The translations under genes and the position numbers were made by a program. The notes under the pieces were generated by a model, which was not told the DNA's origin, did not search any database, and saw nothing but the letters and a program-made list of their open reading frames with translations. This document shows, piece after piece, positions 37,915 to 48,263 of a DNA stretch of 64,000 nt; positions within the stretch are counted from its first letter, which is position 1; each line of letters begins with the position of its first letter. Source of the DNA: an uncultured Candidatus Bathyarchaeia archaeon (lineage in GTDB: Archaea; Thermoproteota; Bathyarchaeia; Bathyarchaeales; Bathyarchaeaceae); the NCBI GenBank assembly GCA_964418675.1, contig CAYQMM010000004.1, positions 88,572 to 152,571 on the forward strand. Direction: 5' to 3'.

Positions 37915-38942
37915 TTAATCCTGTTCGGTTCAATTATTACTTTCAGCGATTCTCCTGCCTCTGCCACCAGCCTGAAGCCTTCAGCAGCTTCTCTGATGTC
38001 GAGTCTGTGGGTTATCATGTCTGCAACGTTTATTTTCTTTTGAGCCAGGATTCTCAGGGATTCTTCTAGGTCTCTTGGGGCTGCTCCATAGGAGGTTTTC
38101 AGGGTTATCTCGTTTCTCCAGAACTGGGTTATGGGGATGGGAATTCTGGTTGTGGGGTCTGGAACAGCGAAAAAGAGGATTGTTCCCCCGCGGTCTACGC
38201 ACTCTAAGGCTGTTAATGCTGCCTTCTCTGCGCCTGTGCAGACGATTACCTTGTCTGCGGCTCTTCCATCGTTTACTTTTTTCAGTTTTTGCGGCAGGTT
38301 TCCTCTAGCATCAATCGTGTTGTCTGCTCCAAATTTTTTAGCCAGTTTTAGGCGATGCAGGTTTATGTCGGCTGCGATGATTTTCTGGGCTTTCTTCTGT
38401 TTTGCCAGTTGTATGTGGAGTATTCCTGATACTCCGCTCCCAATTATCAGCAGGGTGTCGTCTTTCTGGATGTCTGCTAGCCGTTGACCTCTGACTGTGC
38501 AGCCGAGGGGTTCGATGAAGGTTCCCTCTTCAAAGGACATATCAGAAGGTAGCCGGTAAACACCAGTTTCCACATTTATTTTTGGCACTTGTATGTATTG
38601 GGATATGCCTCCGGGATAGTAGTTGGTTGTGTGGAGGGTTTCGCATGCTGTGTGATGCCCCGTTAGGCAGTAGCGGCATTTGTTGCAGGGTACGTGGTGG
38701 GAGACGAAGATGCGGTCTCCCGTCTTGTATTTGGTTACTTTTTTTCCTGTTTCGGCGATGATTCCTGTGGCTTCATGCCCCAGAACTCTGGGTGCCTTGG
38801 GGAGCCTGTACCATTCGACTACGTCGGTTCCGCAGATTCCGCTTGCCATGACTTTCAGCAGGATTTCGTCTGGTCCAATCTGTGGTTTTGGGATGTCTTG
38901 GATTCTTATGTCTTTGTTGTTGTGGTAGACGGCTACAAGCAT
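37911..38942 (-). CDS. Zn-dependent alcohol/polyol dehydrogenase (MDR family)
   Basis: ICGTD, GHEATG, CNKCRYC...C structural Zn site, GSGVSG Rossmann motif. Confidence 0.9.
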   Translation of the reverse strand: MLVAVYHNNKDIRIQDIPKPQIGPDEILLKVMASGICGTDVVEWYRLPKAPRVLGHEATGIIAETGKKVTKYKTGDRIFVSHHVPCNKCRYCLTGHHTACETLHTTNYYPGGISQYIQVPKINVETGVYRLPSDMSFEEGTFIEPLGCTVRGQRLADIQKDDTLLIIGSGVSGILHIQLAKQKKAQKIIAADINLHRLKLAKKFGADNTIDARGNLPQKLKKVNDGRAADKVIVCTGAEKAALTALECVDRGGTILFFAVPDPTTRIPIPITQFWRNEITLKTSYGAAPRDLEESLRILAQKKINVADMITHRLDIREAAEGFRLVAEAGESLKVIIEPNRIN

Positions 38943-38964
38943 TGGTTCACCAAAGGGAGGAGAG

Positions 38965-39762
38965 CTAGGCTTTTCCTGCTTTTACTTGTTGGAATAGTTG
39001 TTGTGCTTCTTTGGCTGTGAGGTTTTCGTGGATTATTCCTCGTATGGCTCGTATCATGGCTACGGGGTATTCGTGTTGCCAGACGTTTCTGCCGAGGTTT
39101 ACGCCTATGGCTCCCTTCTGGATGCCGTCGTAGACGAATTCGAATACTTCTAGTTCGGTGTCAACTTTGGGTCCGCCTGCGATTACGACGGGCACGGGGC
39201 AGCCTTCAACAACTTTCTCGAAGTTTTCTTCGCAGTAGTAGGTTTTTACTACTCGGGCGCCTAGTTCAGCCGCTATTCTACTGCATAGGGCTAGGTATCG
39301 GGCTGTGCGTTTTTCGAGTTCTCTGCCTACTGCGGTTACTGCCATGACGGGTATGCCGAAGTCTTCGCATTGGTCTACGAGGCTTGCGAAGTTCATGAGG
39401 GTTTGGTGTTCGTGTTTGCTTCCTACGTAGATGGACATGGAGACTGCGCTGGCGTTTAGGCGGAGGATTTCGGTTATGGAGGTTATCTGTCCTTCGTTGG
39501 AGAGGTCTTCGCCTATTACGCTGTTGCCTCCTGAAACTCTGAGAATTATGGGTTTTGGGATGGTTGGGTCTACGCAGTTTCTTAGGACGCCTCGGGTCAT
39601 CATGATGGCGTCTGCGTATTGGATTAGCGGTTTTATGGTTTCTCCGGGTTTTTCGAGTTTGCGGGTTGGTCCTTGGAAGTAGCCGTGGTCTATGGGTAGA
39701 AAGAGGGCTCTTCCGTCTTGTTGGATGAGCCTGTTTAATCGGTTTTGGATTCCCCAATCCAT
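38965..39762 (-). CDS. lsrF: LsrF-like thiolase/aldolase (DhnA class I aldolase family)
   Basis: MDWG.QNRL, DHGYFQGPT, VVKTYY, IAGGPK, GRNVWQ. Confidence 0.75.
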   Translation of the reverse strand: MDWGIQNRLNRLIQQDGRALFLPIDHGYFQGPTRKLEKPGETIKPLIQYADAIMMTRGVLRNCVDPTIPKPIILRVSGGNSVIGEDLSNEGQITSITEILRLNASAVSMSIYVGSKHEHQTLMNFASLVDQCEDFGIPVMAVTAVGRELEKRTARYLALCSRIAAELGARVVKTYYCEENFEKVVEGCPVPVVIAGGPKVDTELEVFEFVYDGIQKGAIGVNLGRNVWQHEYPVAMIRAIRGIIHENLTAKEAQQLFQQVKAGKA

Positions 39763-39764
39763 TG

Positions 39765-39989
39765 TTATTTTCCTCCCTCATCCTTTGGTCTTAGGATTAA
39801 ATAGCCTTTCTCTATAAGCCAATGATGAAACTCATAAGTAGTATACCGACAGGCAGTTTTACACGTCATCCTAACCTTCTCATACTCCTCCGACCCAGAC
39901 TCCAGCTTATTCAACTCAACCTGCACAGGACAAGGAATATCGTTACAAAATTCCCTACGCTTATACTCAACGAATCCTTCAAAAGTCAT
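39765..39989 (-). CDS. Small Cys/His-rich protein of unknown function
   Basis: EFCNDIPCP...CKTAC...FHHWL; tightly coupled to lsrF. Confidence 0.65.
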   Translation of the reverse strand: MTFEGFVEYKRREFCNDIPCPVQVELNKLESGSEEYEKVRMTCKTACRYTTYEFHHWLIEKGYLILRPKDEGGK

Positions 39990-40183
39990 GTTCGTTCCTC
40001 TCAACCTGACTCTTATTTTCAAGTTAATTGAACTAAAACCTTTCTGATTTAACTAGGGGCTTTTAATCGTAAACTTCCATTAGTCCGTATGGCACTTCTA
40101 TTCTCTAACATCAAATATCTCATGTCGGAAGATTTATTAAAGCGATTATCTGACCTTATAAAAACAGTGGGGAGATTTAATCT

Positions 40184-41242
40184 ATGTCGCAGAGTTCTGT
40201 ATCGTTCCCAATTATGGCGGGACCTAAAACAGCACTTAAAGAGATAACTACTGAATTGAGAAGCTTCATATATTTACCGAAAGAGGGACTCCAAGGGGAA
40301 GATATACCCTCACATTTACTTTGGGTAAATGCAAAGGCAAATCGCGCCAAAATTTCTTTCCTTCCACCATTGAAATGCAAAGAGGTTTTTAATGCTGAAA
40401 AATATGAGATTCGTGATAACGAGGTTATAATTGAAAAGTTGGAACAGGAAGGGTACATCGGGCTATCATTTGAATCGAGTAAAGTTCGTGAGTTAGAGGT
40501 TGTTATTCCAGTAGAATATATTGTACATATGTCCAATGGTGATGTTATCAAAGAGGAAAGGAAAATCAAGTTATTCAAACCACAACTTGTGATTAAACCC
40601 CCAAAAAATCATGAGATTGAAGTTAATCCAAAGACCGGGTTTATCAAAGGGCGAATAAACGTTACAAATATTGGAAGAGGAACGCTAGCAATTAAAATTT
40701 CCACAACTGAGGATAGCTCAACTGAGCTTGTAACCCCTCCTGAGCACCGTGAGTACGCAGAAAAATATAATTCCGATCTTCTTGAGGAACTATCCGAATT
40801 GGCAACAGAGTTTCCAAAATTTAAGTCAATTTTTGATGAAACTATTGAATGGAACGAAAAGGATTTGAGAGAAGTACTTTCTAAAGAGCGAAATGAACTT
40901 CTAGAATATCTTAACAAACTTACGAATGTTCTTGCCAAGGATAAAGAATTGCTACAAGGTTTTGTAGAAGCATATATGAAAGCTGCTGCAAAAAATAGCG
41001 AATATATTGAAGCTATTAGAAGGCTTGTTAAATTATTTGAATCCATGGTTTCACGAAACATCATTCTTGCAAATCCGCTTGACGAATTAATTCTTCAAGG
41101 AAGAATGGAAGAGGTTTCACTCAAAATTTCCCAAACAGATAAAGTATTTGATGAATATGACGACATCGTTTTACCCAAGATACAGTTAAAGGGTTCAGAG
41201 GCTATGAGAATTCCAATTTACAAATTATTCATTTGGGGTTAA
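40184..41242 (+). CDS. Hypothetical protein (beta-sandwich with helical insertion)
   Basis: 352-aa uninterrupted ORF, AT-rich, GGGGAG RBS upstream, no recognised family. Confidence 0.75.
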   Translation: MSQSSVSFPIMAGPKTALKEITTELRSFIYLPKEGLQGEDIPSHLLWVNAKANRAKISFLPPLKCKEVFNAEKYEIRDNEVIIEKLEQEGYIGLSFESSKVRELEVVIPVEYIVHMSNGDVIKEERKIKLFKPQLVIKPPKNHEIEVNPKTGFIKGRINVTNIGRGTLAIKISTTEDSSTELVTPPEHREYAEKYNSDLLEELSELATEFPKFKSIFDETIEWNEKDLREVLSKERNELLEYLNKLTNVLAKDKELLQGFVEAYMKAAAKNSEYIEAIRRLVKLFESMVSRNIILANPLDELILQGRMEEVSLKISQTDKVFDEYDDIVLPKIQLKGSEAMRIPIYKLFIWG

Positions 41243-41246
41243 AGAT

Positions 41247-42194
41247 ATGGAACAAGGGGAAATTGCAAAAACTATTTTTGGAGTTGCAGAACAAATTCAT
41301 AAAATCTGGGAAAAGATTCCAAAGACAAAAATTCTCAATGAAGAAACTACAATAAATGTACCTGAATCTGTTATTGATTATACATTGGCTGCCAATGTTC
41401 CTTCGAATTTCAGATCTTTAAGAAATACCATAGAATTTAGTGCTCCTTCTATCATCAGAGTATCCGTTGCATCTCTCCATCCATTTCCCCATACTGTGAG
41501 AGGAGCAATTCGCAAATTTAGTTATGATGATGGACGTGTTGTCTACGCGCTATTTCCTGAACTTTTACCGTCAGACACTGACTTGATATCAGTTACTGTT
41601 AGTTATAGAATCGATGACCTATCACTTATTGATGATTTAGTTAATAGAAACAAAGCCCATGAACCTAGTGGTCCTGAAAGAAACGAATACTGGATGTCGG
41701 CACAATTAAAACATCCAAAAGTACTGACAGAAAAGTTTGGAAGATTCGACCTCAAAGATATAGATGTGACGGTAGATGTTGGTGTCCATAATGAACTAAA
41801 GAATACGATTCCCACCTCTTTTAATAGAAGATTAAAGGCTTTTTTCAAGATATTGGCTGAAAGGGATCCACGGCAACAGTTTAAAGCTGTTCCCGCACTA
41901 CGCAAACTTGCAAGATCACCAACCGCTGGTCGAGAATTCGATATTATAACTGAGCTGGAATCTCTATTTATGCCGAGAACGTTCTCAAAATACGTTGACG
42001 TTCTTAGAGATTTCCGATATTCAGATTGCTACAAAGGGAGTGAATTCTTCGAATTGCCGCTTCAACTGATTCCGAAGAAAATGAATGTGATTTCTAGAGT
42101 GGACCTTAGTTTAGAGAAACCCGCTGGAGAAGGTACTCTGTTTTATAAAAATAAGAAATTCACTGAAGCCTTAGAAAAAATTGTGTCAAGTTAA
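41247..42194 (+). CDS. Hypothetical protein
   Basis: 315-aa ORF starting 4 nt after the upstream gene, AT-rich, no recognised family. Confidence 0.75.
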   Translation: MEQGEIAKTIFGVAEQIHKIWEKIPKTKILNEETTINVPESVIDYTLAANVPSNFRSLRNTIEFSAPSIIRVSVASLHPFPHTVRGAIRKFSYDDGRVVYALFPELLPSDTDLISVTVSYRIDDLSLIDDLVNRNKAHEPSGPERNEYWMSAQLKHPKVLTEKFGRFDLKDIDVTVDVGVHNELKNTIPTSFNRRLKAFFKILAERDPRQQFKAVPALRKLARSPTAGREFDIITELESLFMPRTFSKYVDVLRDFRYSDCYKGSEFFELPLQLIPKKMNVISRVDLSLEKPAGEGTLFYKNKKFTEALEKIVSS

Positions 42195-42326
42195 GACGCA
42201 CATATGTTACATCGTTGATTTATACTGTTTGCAACTAGAGTTATTCCCAGTGAAAACATCTGTAACAGAAAAGAAAAAGCATATTGGATACCGTGACTTG
42301 TATGATTTCGCTGGGATGTGATAGGC

Positions 42327-43238
42327 ATGTATGATGTGGTGATTCTTGGTTCTGGTCCTGCTGGTTTGACAGCCGCTATTTACACGAGCAGGGCTGGGTT
42401 GAAGACTCTTGTCGTTGCCGGAGCATTGTGGGGCGGTCAACTCATGTTCACACAGGAAGTGGAGAACTTCCCAGGATTCGAAAACGGAATCCTCGGACCC
42501 AAACTCATGGAAGAACTAAAGAAACAGGCAGAACGCCTCGGCGCAGAACTAATCCTCGAAACCGCCACCGCCACAGACCTAAAATCCAAACCCTTCAAGG
42601 TAACAGCGGGAAACAAAACCTACGAAGCCAAGACGGTTATCATAGCCACCGGAGCCCAAGCCAGATGGCTAGGCTTAGAAAGCGAAACACGACTGAGAGG
42701 CAGAGGAGTTTCAGTCTGCGCCACCTGCGATGCAGCCTTCTTCAGGAACAAGAAGGTTGTGGTTGTGGGGGGAGGAGACACAGCCATGGAAGAAGCCCTA
42801 GTCCTCACCAAATTCGCCAGTGAAGTCACGGTTATCCACAGAAGAGACAAACTACGAGCCTGCAAATGCCTCCAAGAAAAAGCCTTCGCGAACCCCAAAA
42901 TAACCTTTGTCTGGAACAGCACACCCCAAGAGATTCTGGGAAAAGACAGAGTAGAAGGAATCAAACTCCGAAGAGTCGATACAGGAGAAGAAACCGAACT
43001 GCCCTGCGACGCTGTCTTCCTAGCCATCGGCTACAAACCAAGCACAAAAATCTTTGAGGGACAGATAGAACTGGACGACAAAGGCTACATAATCGCCAGA
43101 GACGGCACAAGAACCAGCATCGACGGCGTCTTCGTTGCAGGCGACGTCGCAGATTACCGTTACCGTCAGGCAATTGTCGCGGCTGGCGCTGGAGCCAAAG
43201 CAGCTCTGGACGCAGAAAAATACCTTGAGATGACATAA
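42327..43238 (+). CDS. trxB: Thioredoxin reductase
   Basis: GSGPAG, CATCD, GGGDTAMEEA, VAGDV. Confidence 0.97.
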   Translation: MYDVVILGSGPAGLTAAIYTSRAGLKTLVVAGALWGGQLMFTQEVENFPGFENGILGPKLMEELKKQAERLGAELILETATATDLKSKPFKVTAGNKTYEAKTVIIATGAQARWLGLESETRLRGRGVSVCATCDAAFFRNKKVVVVGGGDTAMEEALVLTKFASEVTVIHRRDKLRACKCLQEKAFANPKITFVWNSTPQEILGKDRVEGIKLRRVDTGEETELPCDAVFLAIGYKPSTKIFEGQIELDDKGYIIARDGTRTSIDGVFVAGDVADYRYRQAIVAAGAGAKAALDAEKYLEMT

Positions 43239-43349
43239 GAAACACCCTGCACAAGACAGAAACCAGACAAAACTTTTACACGACAACCCCCCTAAATGAA
43301 ACTGTAACTTCTCTCACAATGAAGACAGCAAAGAATAGGAGAGTCAGTC

Positions 43350-44576
43350 ATGAGCACAAAATCCTACGCAAAAAAGCTGGGAATCGTCGGCAAACCTAAC
43401 ACAGGCAAATCCACATTCTTCTCAGCCGCAACCCTAATCCCAGTGGAAATCGGAAACTATCCCTTCACAACCATCAAACCCAACCGCGGCATAGGATACC
43501 TACGCACCCCCTGCGTCCACAACGAATTCAACGTAGAAGACAACCCAAAAAATAGCCTCTGCCTAAACGGAATCCGACTCGTCCCAGTCGAACTAATCGA
43601 CGTGGCAGGGCTGGTCCCCGGCGCATGGAAAGGACGAGGACTAGGAAACCAATTCCTAGACGAAATCCGAAGAGCAGACGCCCTCCTCCACGTAGTCGAC
43701 GCCGCAGGAGCAACAGATTCCGAAGGAAAACTCTGCAAACCCGGAGACCACGACCCCATAGAAGACGTCAAGTTTCTAGAGACTGAGATAACCATGTGGA
43801 TGAACCAGATACTGAAGAAGGACTGGGCTAAAATGGCTAGAACAGCCGAGTCAGGCAAAGAGGACCTAATCTCCCTCCTCGAAACACGCTTAAGCGGACT
43901 GGCAATAAACAGATTCCACATAGTTGAGAGCCTAAGAAAAACCGGCCTAAACATGGAAAAACCAACCCTCTGGAACGACGAAGACCTCATAAAACTCGTG
44001 GATAACCTACGAAGAGTCTCCAAACCAACCCTCATCGCCGCCAACAAAATCGACCTTCCAACAGCAGAAGAAAACGTGGAACGACTAAAGGAACTGGGAT
44101 ACACTGTTGTTCCCTGCAGCGCAGAAGCAGAACTTGCCCTCAGACGAGCAGGAGAAAAAGGCTTAATCGACTACAGACCCGGAGACTGCCGCCTAACAGT
44201 AAAAAACCCAGAAAAACTAACAGAAGCCCAAAAGAGAGCCTTAGAGATAATTCAGGAACAGATACTGTTCAAATTTGGGGCTACAGGCGTCCAAGAAGCC
44301 CTCAACACGGCTTTCTTCGAACTCCTGCAGATGGTTGCCGTCTATCCCGTCGAAGACAGCGAACACCTCAGTGACCACAAAGGTCGGGTGCTCCCTGACG
44401 TGTACCTCGTTCCCTATGGGACTACAGCACGCCAACTTGCCTACATCATCCACACCGAACTGGGAGAAAGCTTCATCCACGCCATCGACATCCGTGGAAA
44501 ACAGAGAATCGGAGAAGACTACGTGCTGAAGAACAGGGACGTAATCTCAATAGTCAGCGCCAAAAAAAGAGGATAA
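43350..44576 (+). CDS. ychF: Redox-regulated ATPase YchF / OBG-family GTPase, archaeal type
   Basis: GKPNTGKST, YPFTTI, DVAGLVPGA, ANKID, C-terminal TGS domain. Confidence 0.93.
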   Translation: MSTKSYAKKLGIVGKPNTGKSTFFSAATLIPVEIGNYPFTTIKPNRGIGYLRTPCVHNEFNVEDNPKNSLCLNGIRLVPVELIDVAGLVPGAWKGRGLGNQFLDEIRRADALLHVVDAAGATDSEGKLCKPGDHDPIEDVKFLETEITMWMNQILKKDWAKMARTAESGKEDLISLLETRLSGLAINRFHIVESLRKTGLNMEKPTLWNDEDLIKLVDNLRRVSKPTLIAANKIDLPTAEENVERLKELGYTVVPCSAEAELALRRAGEKGLIDYRPGDCRLTVKNPEKLTEAQKRALEIIQEQILFKFGATGVQEALNTAFFELLQMVAVYPVEDSEHLSDHKGRVLPDVYLVPYGTTARQLAYIIHTELGESFIHAIDIRGKQRIGEDYVLKNRDVISIVSAKKRG

Positions 44577-44663
44577 ACCAGAAATTTATGCTTCACCTGT
44601 CGAAGACCTACATTTTGGCAAGTTTTATAGGAGAAATCCCTCTTTAAGGGAAGAAGAAGAGAC

Positions 44664-45788
44664 ATGTCCTCAAAATTGATTGTTGTGAAGGCTGGAACTG
44701 CAAGTTTAACCAGAAGCGACGGCTTCCTCGACATAGAAGTGATGCGCAGACTGGTTGATCAAATAGCCGAAGCAATCAAACATGGGAATAAGATAGTTTT
44801 TGTAACTTCAGGAGCCATAGCCGCAGGCATAGCCGAGCTTGGCATACCTCCAAAACCCAATGATATAGTCTTCCAGCAAGTTTCAGCGGCAACCGGTCAA
44901 AGCATCATAATGTCTACATACCGAGAACTCTTCAGGGAGCATGGCTTAAAAGTTGCCCAAATCCTCCTCACAGCAGAAGACCTCTCTAACCGAGCTGCTT
45001 ACCTTCACATATGCGACGTTTTGGAGACGGCTTTACAATTGGGCATCGTCCCCATCATCAACGAGAACGACGTAACATCAACAGACGAACTTATCCCGGT
45101 AACAAAAGGTTACGAAGTGAACTTCAGCGACAACGACATTCTATCAGTCCTTGTGGCAAATGCCGTAGAAGCAGACCTAGTTGTCGTCCTATCCAACGTA
45201 GACGGCTTATACACAGTGAACCCAAAAAAACGTGGAGCAAGACTAATCAAAACAGTTGAAAAAGTCATCTGCGAAGAACTTGAGTGCGAAATAGAGGAAA
45301 AGAGCCGGCGAGGCAGAGGAGGAATGAAGACAAAACTCAAAGCCGCTGAAATCGCCACATCCAGCGGTGTACCTTTGGTGATAGCCAATAGCCACAGGGA
45401 AAATGTGCTCCTTGACATACTCGCGGGAAAACAGATAGGTACTCTCTTCAAGCCCCAAGAACGGTTGCCTTCAATAAAGAGATGGATTGCCTATGGCGCT
45501 TCAGTGAAGGGGCAAATCTTCGTAAATGAAGGTGCAAAAAAGGCGATTCTCCAAGGCGCTAGCCTTCTTCCAGTAGGAGTAGTTAAGATTACGGGAACCT
45601 TCAGCGAAGGTGACGTGGTCAGCATACTGGATCAAGATGATGTCGAGTTTGCAAAGGGAAATCCAAACTATAATAGCGGTGAGATAAACATCATCAAAGG
45701 CTTGAAGACAAATCAAATCGAGAAAGCGCTTGGATATATAAGGCGCAAAGAAGTTATTGCTCGAAGAAACATATGCCTCATAAAGTGA
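44664..45788 (+). CDS. proB: Glutamate 5-kinase with PUA domain
   Basis: VTSGAIAAG, INENDV, DNDILS, GGMKTKL. Confidence 0.96.
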   Translation: MSSKLIVVKAGTASLTRSDGFLDIEVMRRLVDQIAEAIKHGNKIVFVTSGAIAAGIAELGIPPKPNDIVFQQVSAATGQSIIMSTYRELFREHGLKVAQILLTAEDLSNRAAYLHICDVLETALQLGIVPIINENDVTSTDELIPVTKGYEVNFSDNDILSVLVANAVEADLVVVLSNVDGLYTVNPKKRGARLIKTVEKVICEELECEIEEKSRRGRGGMKTKLKAAEIATSSGVPLVIANSHRENVLLDILAGKQIGTLFKPQERLPSIKRWIAYGASVKGQIFVNEGAKKAILQGASLLPVGVVKITGTFSEGDVVSILDQDDVEFAKGNPNYNSGEINIIKGLKTNQIEKALGYIRRKEVIARRNICLIK

Positions 45789-45793
45789 GAACA

Positions 45794-47035
45794 ATGATAT
45801 TGGAAATCTGCAAAAAAGCAAAAATAGCCTCGGCGCAACTAGCCCAAGCTTCTACTGAACAGAAAAATAAGGCGCTAAACAACATGGCTGATGCCATCGA
45901 AAAAAACAGCGCAGAAATTTTACGGGCAAACCAGATGGATGTTGAAGCTGCCAGAGCCAAAGGTGTGAAGGCTGCGTTGATTGACAGGTTAATTCTTGAC
46001 AAACGCCGACTAGCGGGTATGGCTGGTACCTTAAGGGAAATAGCTGAACTAGCCGACCCAGTGGGCGAAATCGTGAAAACATGGACTAGACCTAACGGCT
46101 TAATCATCGGACAGCTGCGAGTGCCCATGGGTGTAATCGGAATTATCTACGAGTCCAGACCCGACGTTACCTCAGAAGCATCTGGACTCTGCATCAAATC
46201 GGGAAATGCCATAATTCTCAGGGGCGGCTCGGATGCCATAAACTCGAACATGGCAATAGGAAAAGCGTTGAGAGAAGCATTGAAAGAGAGTGGGTTAACG
46301 AAAGATGCGATACAGGTCGTCTCGGTAACCGACAGAAGCTTTGCCGAGAAACTCATGAAAATGAGAGATTACATAGATGTACTGATTCCACGGGGAGGGG
46401 CGCAACTAATAAAGACCGTGGTGGAAAAGGCAACGGTTCCAGTTATCGAAACAGGAACTGGAAACTGCCACATTTACGTTGAGGAAGACGCTGACCTCAA
46501 CAGAGCAGTCGACATAATAATAAATGCCAAGTGCCAGAGACCGGGGACATGTAACGCCACAGAGAAACTGCTGGTTCACAAGCATGTTGCAAAACAATTT
46601 TTGTCGAGGATAGTTGATGCTCTCCGCCGGGAGGGAGTTGAGGTTAGAGGAGACGAAAAAACGGTTGAGGTAGTTCCTGATGTGAAACCTGCTGTCGAAG
46701 AGGATTGGGGAACGGAATATTTGGATTTGATTATTGGTGTGAAGGTAGTGGACGGTTTAGATGAGGCAATTGCACACATAAACAAATACGGCACTAAACA
46801 TTCCGAGTCTATTCTAACAGCAGATTTTGACAAGGCACTAAAGTTTATCCGTGAAATAGATGCTGCAGCCGTTTACTGGAATGCTTCTACACGCTTCACA
46901 GACGGCAACCAATTCGGTCTGGGAGCAGAAATCGGCATCAGCACCCAGAAACTGCACGCACGGGGTCCCATGAGCGTCAGACAACTAACAACAACGAAAT
47001 TCTTCATTTTAGGCAGAGGACACATCAGAGAATAA
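45794..47035 (+). CDS. proA: Gamma-glutamyl phosphate reductase
   Basis: VPMGVIGIIYESRP, CNATEKLLVH, NASTRFTDG, GISTQKLHARGP. Confidence 0.97.
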   Translation: MILEICKKAKIASAQLAQASTEQKNKALNNMADAIEKNSAEILRANQMDVEAARAKGVKAALIDRLILDKRRLAGMAGTLREIAELADPVGEIVKTWTRPNGLIIGQLRVPMGVIGIIYESRPDVTSEASGLCIKSGNAIILRGGSDAINSNMAIGKALREALKESGLTKDAIQVVSVTDRSFAEKLMKMRDYIDVLIPRGGAQLIKTVVEKATVPVIETGTGNCHIYVEEDADLNRAVDIIINAKCQRPGTCNATEKLLVHKHVAKQFLSRIVDALRREGVEVRGDEKTVEVVPDVKPAVEEDWGTEYLDLIIGVKVVDGLDEAIAHINKYGTKHSESILTADFDKALKFIREIDAAAVYWNASTRFTDGNQFGLGAEIGISTQKLHARGPMSVRQLTTTKFFILGRGHIRE

Positions 47036-48119
47036 TCAAGTCGTCCAACCAACCGGCTTTCGCATTTATTTTTCGCTTAAATATTTTGCCTAGGTTTTTT
47101 CTGCTTTTGGCTTGGTGGTATTTGAAGTAAACCTCGTTGTCAACAATTCCCATAATCTGTATTTTGCCAGTCCTGTGGGACATAATGTATCTGAAACGTT
47201 TACTGGGACCATTGCACCTTGCTTTCGCATTCTCTATAATGTTGACGCCTTCACATATTGGAACTTGAAATTGCTTTTTAACTCTCTTGACAGGTCTGCA
47301 CTGAAAGACATAGTAAGGATTAACGCCTATTCCCACCAATCTGTTCATTAATTCTGCAAGTGTTTCAGCGCTATCGTTGATTCCTTTGAGTAGAACTGTT
47401 TGGTTGTTAACTATCACCCCTGATTTAATCAGGTTGTCTACAGCTTCGATTGACTGTTTAGTTATCTCTTTTGGATGGTTAAATTGGGTAACAACCAGTA
47501 GCCTTCGTTCTGGAGTAGAATAGTCTGCCATCAACTCCAGTAGCTCATTGTCTTGAAATCTTGAAGGAAACGTAACTGGAGCCCTGCTTCCAAACCTAAT
47601 GAAGTCAAGATGAGAAATGTCAGATAGCATTGATAGGAATTGTTCGATAATCTCGTTGGGAAGCACAAGAGGATCCCCCCCGGAAATCAGCACATTGTTT
47701 ATCTCTGTATGTTGCCGTATGTAACGCACTGGGGCTTTGAAATCTTCAATTATCTCCTTAGTTTCTCGTCGTCCGACGAGTCGTTTCCTAAAGCAGTGCC
47801 TACAATACATTGCACATCTGTTTGTGGCGAGTATCAGTGCAGTTTCAGAGTATTTGTGTTGAAGCCCTCGCAGTTTTGTATTTTCCACTTCGCCACTAGT
47901 ATCATAAGAACCTTGCAGATTCAACTCGCCTAGTGAGGGGATAGCCATTTTTCTTATGGGGTCGTTAGGGTTACTCCAATCAATAAGTGACAAGTAATAA
48001 GACGTCACTTGCATGGGGTGTATTGCAGTGATTTCTTTGAGTTTTTTCATTTCTTCACGTGATACGTCAGCATATTTGCTTAATTGCTCAACTGAACTGA
48101 TTAATTCATGGTTAAACAT
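47025..48119 (-). CDS. KamA-family radical SAM aminomutase
   Basis: LQHKY, CAMYCRHCFRKR, LISGGDPL, TQFNHPKE, NQTVLLKGIND. Confidence 0.9.
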   Translation of the reverse strand: MFNHELISSVEQLSKYADVSREEMKKLKEITAIHPMQVTSYYLSLIDWSNPNDPIRKMAIPSLGELNLQGSYDTSGEVENTKLRGLQHKYSETALILATNRCAMYCRHCFRKRLVGRRETKEIIEDFKAPVRYIRQHTEINNVLISGGDPLVLPNEIIEQFLSMLSDISHLDFIRFGSRAPVTFPSRFQDNELLELMADYSTPERRLLVVTQFNHPKEITKQSIEAVDNLIKSGVIVNNQTVLLKGINDSAETLAELMNRLVGIGVNPYYVFQCRPVKRVKKQFQVPICEGVNIIENAKARCNGPSKRFRYIMSHRTGKIQIMGIVDNEVYFKYHQAKSRKNLGKIFKRKINAKAGWLDDLIIL

Positions 48120-48263
48120 AGGTTCAGTGACCCTATATTATGGACATTTACACTAACATATATGCCCTACTATTCTAATCGATTCGATTTATGGTAGTAG
48201 TTAGAAATATCGAAATAGTTTAATTTTTATATGACTTCCGTAGACTTTCAGGGAAGACAGATC

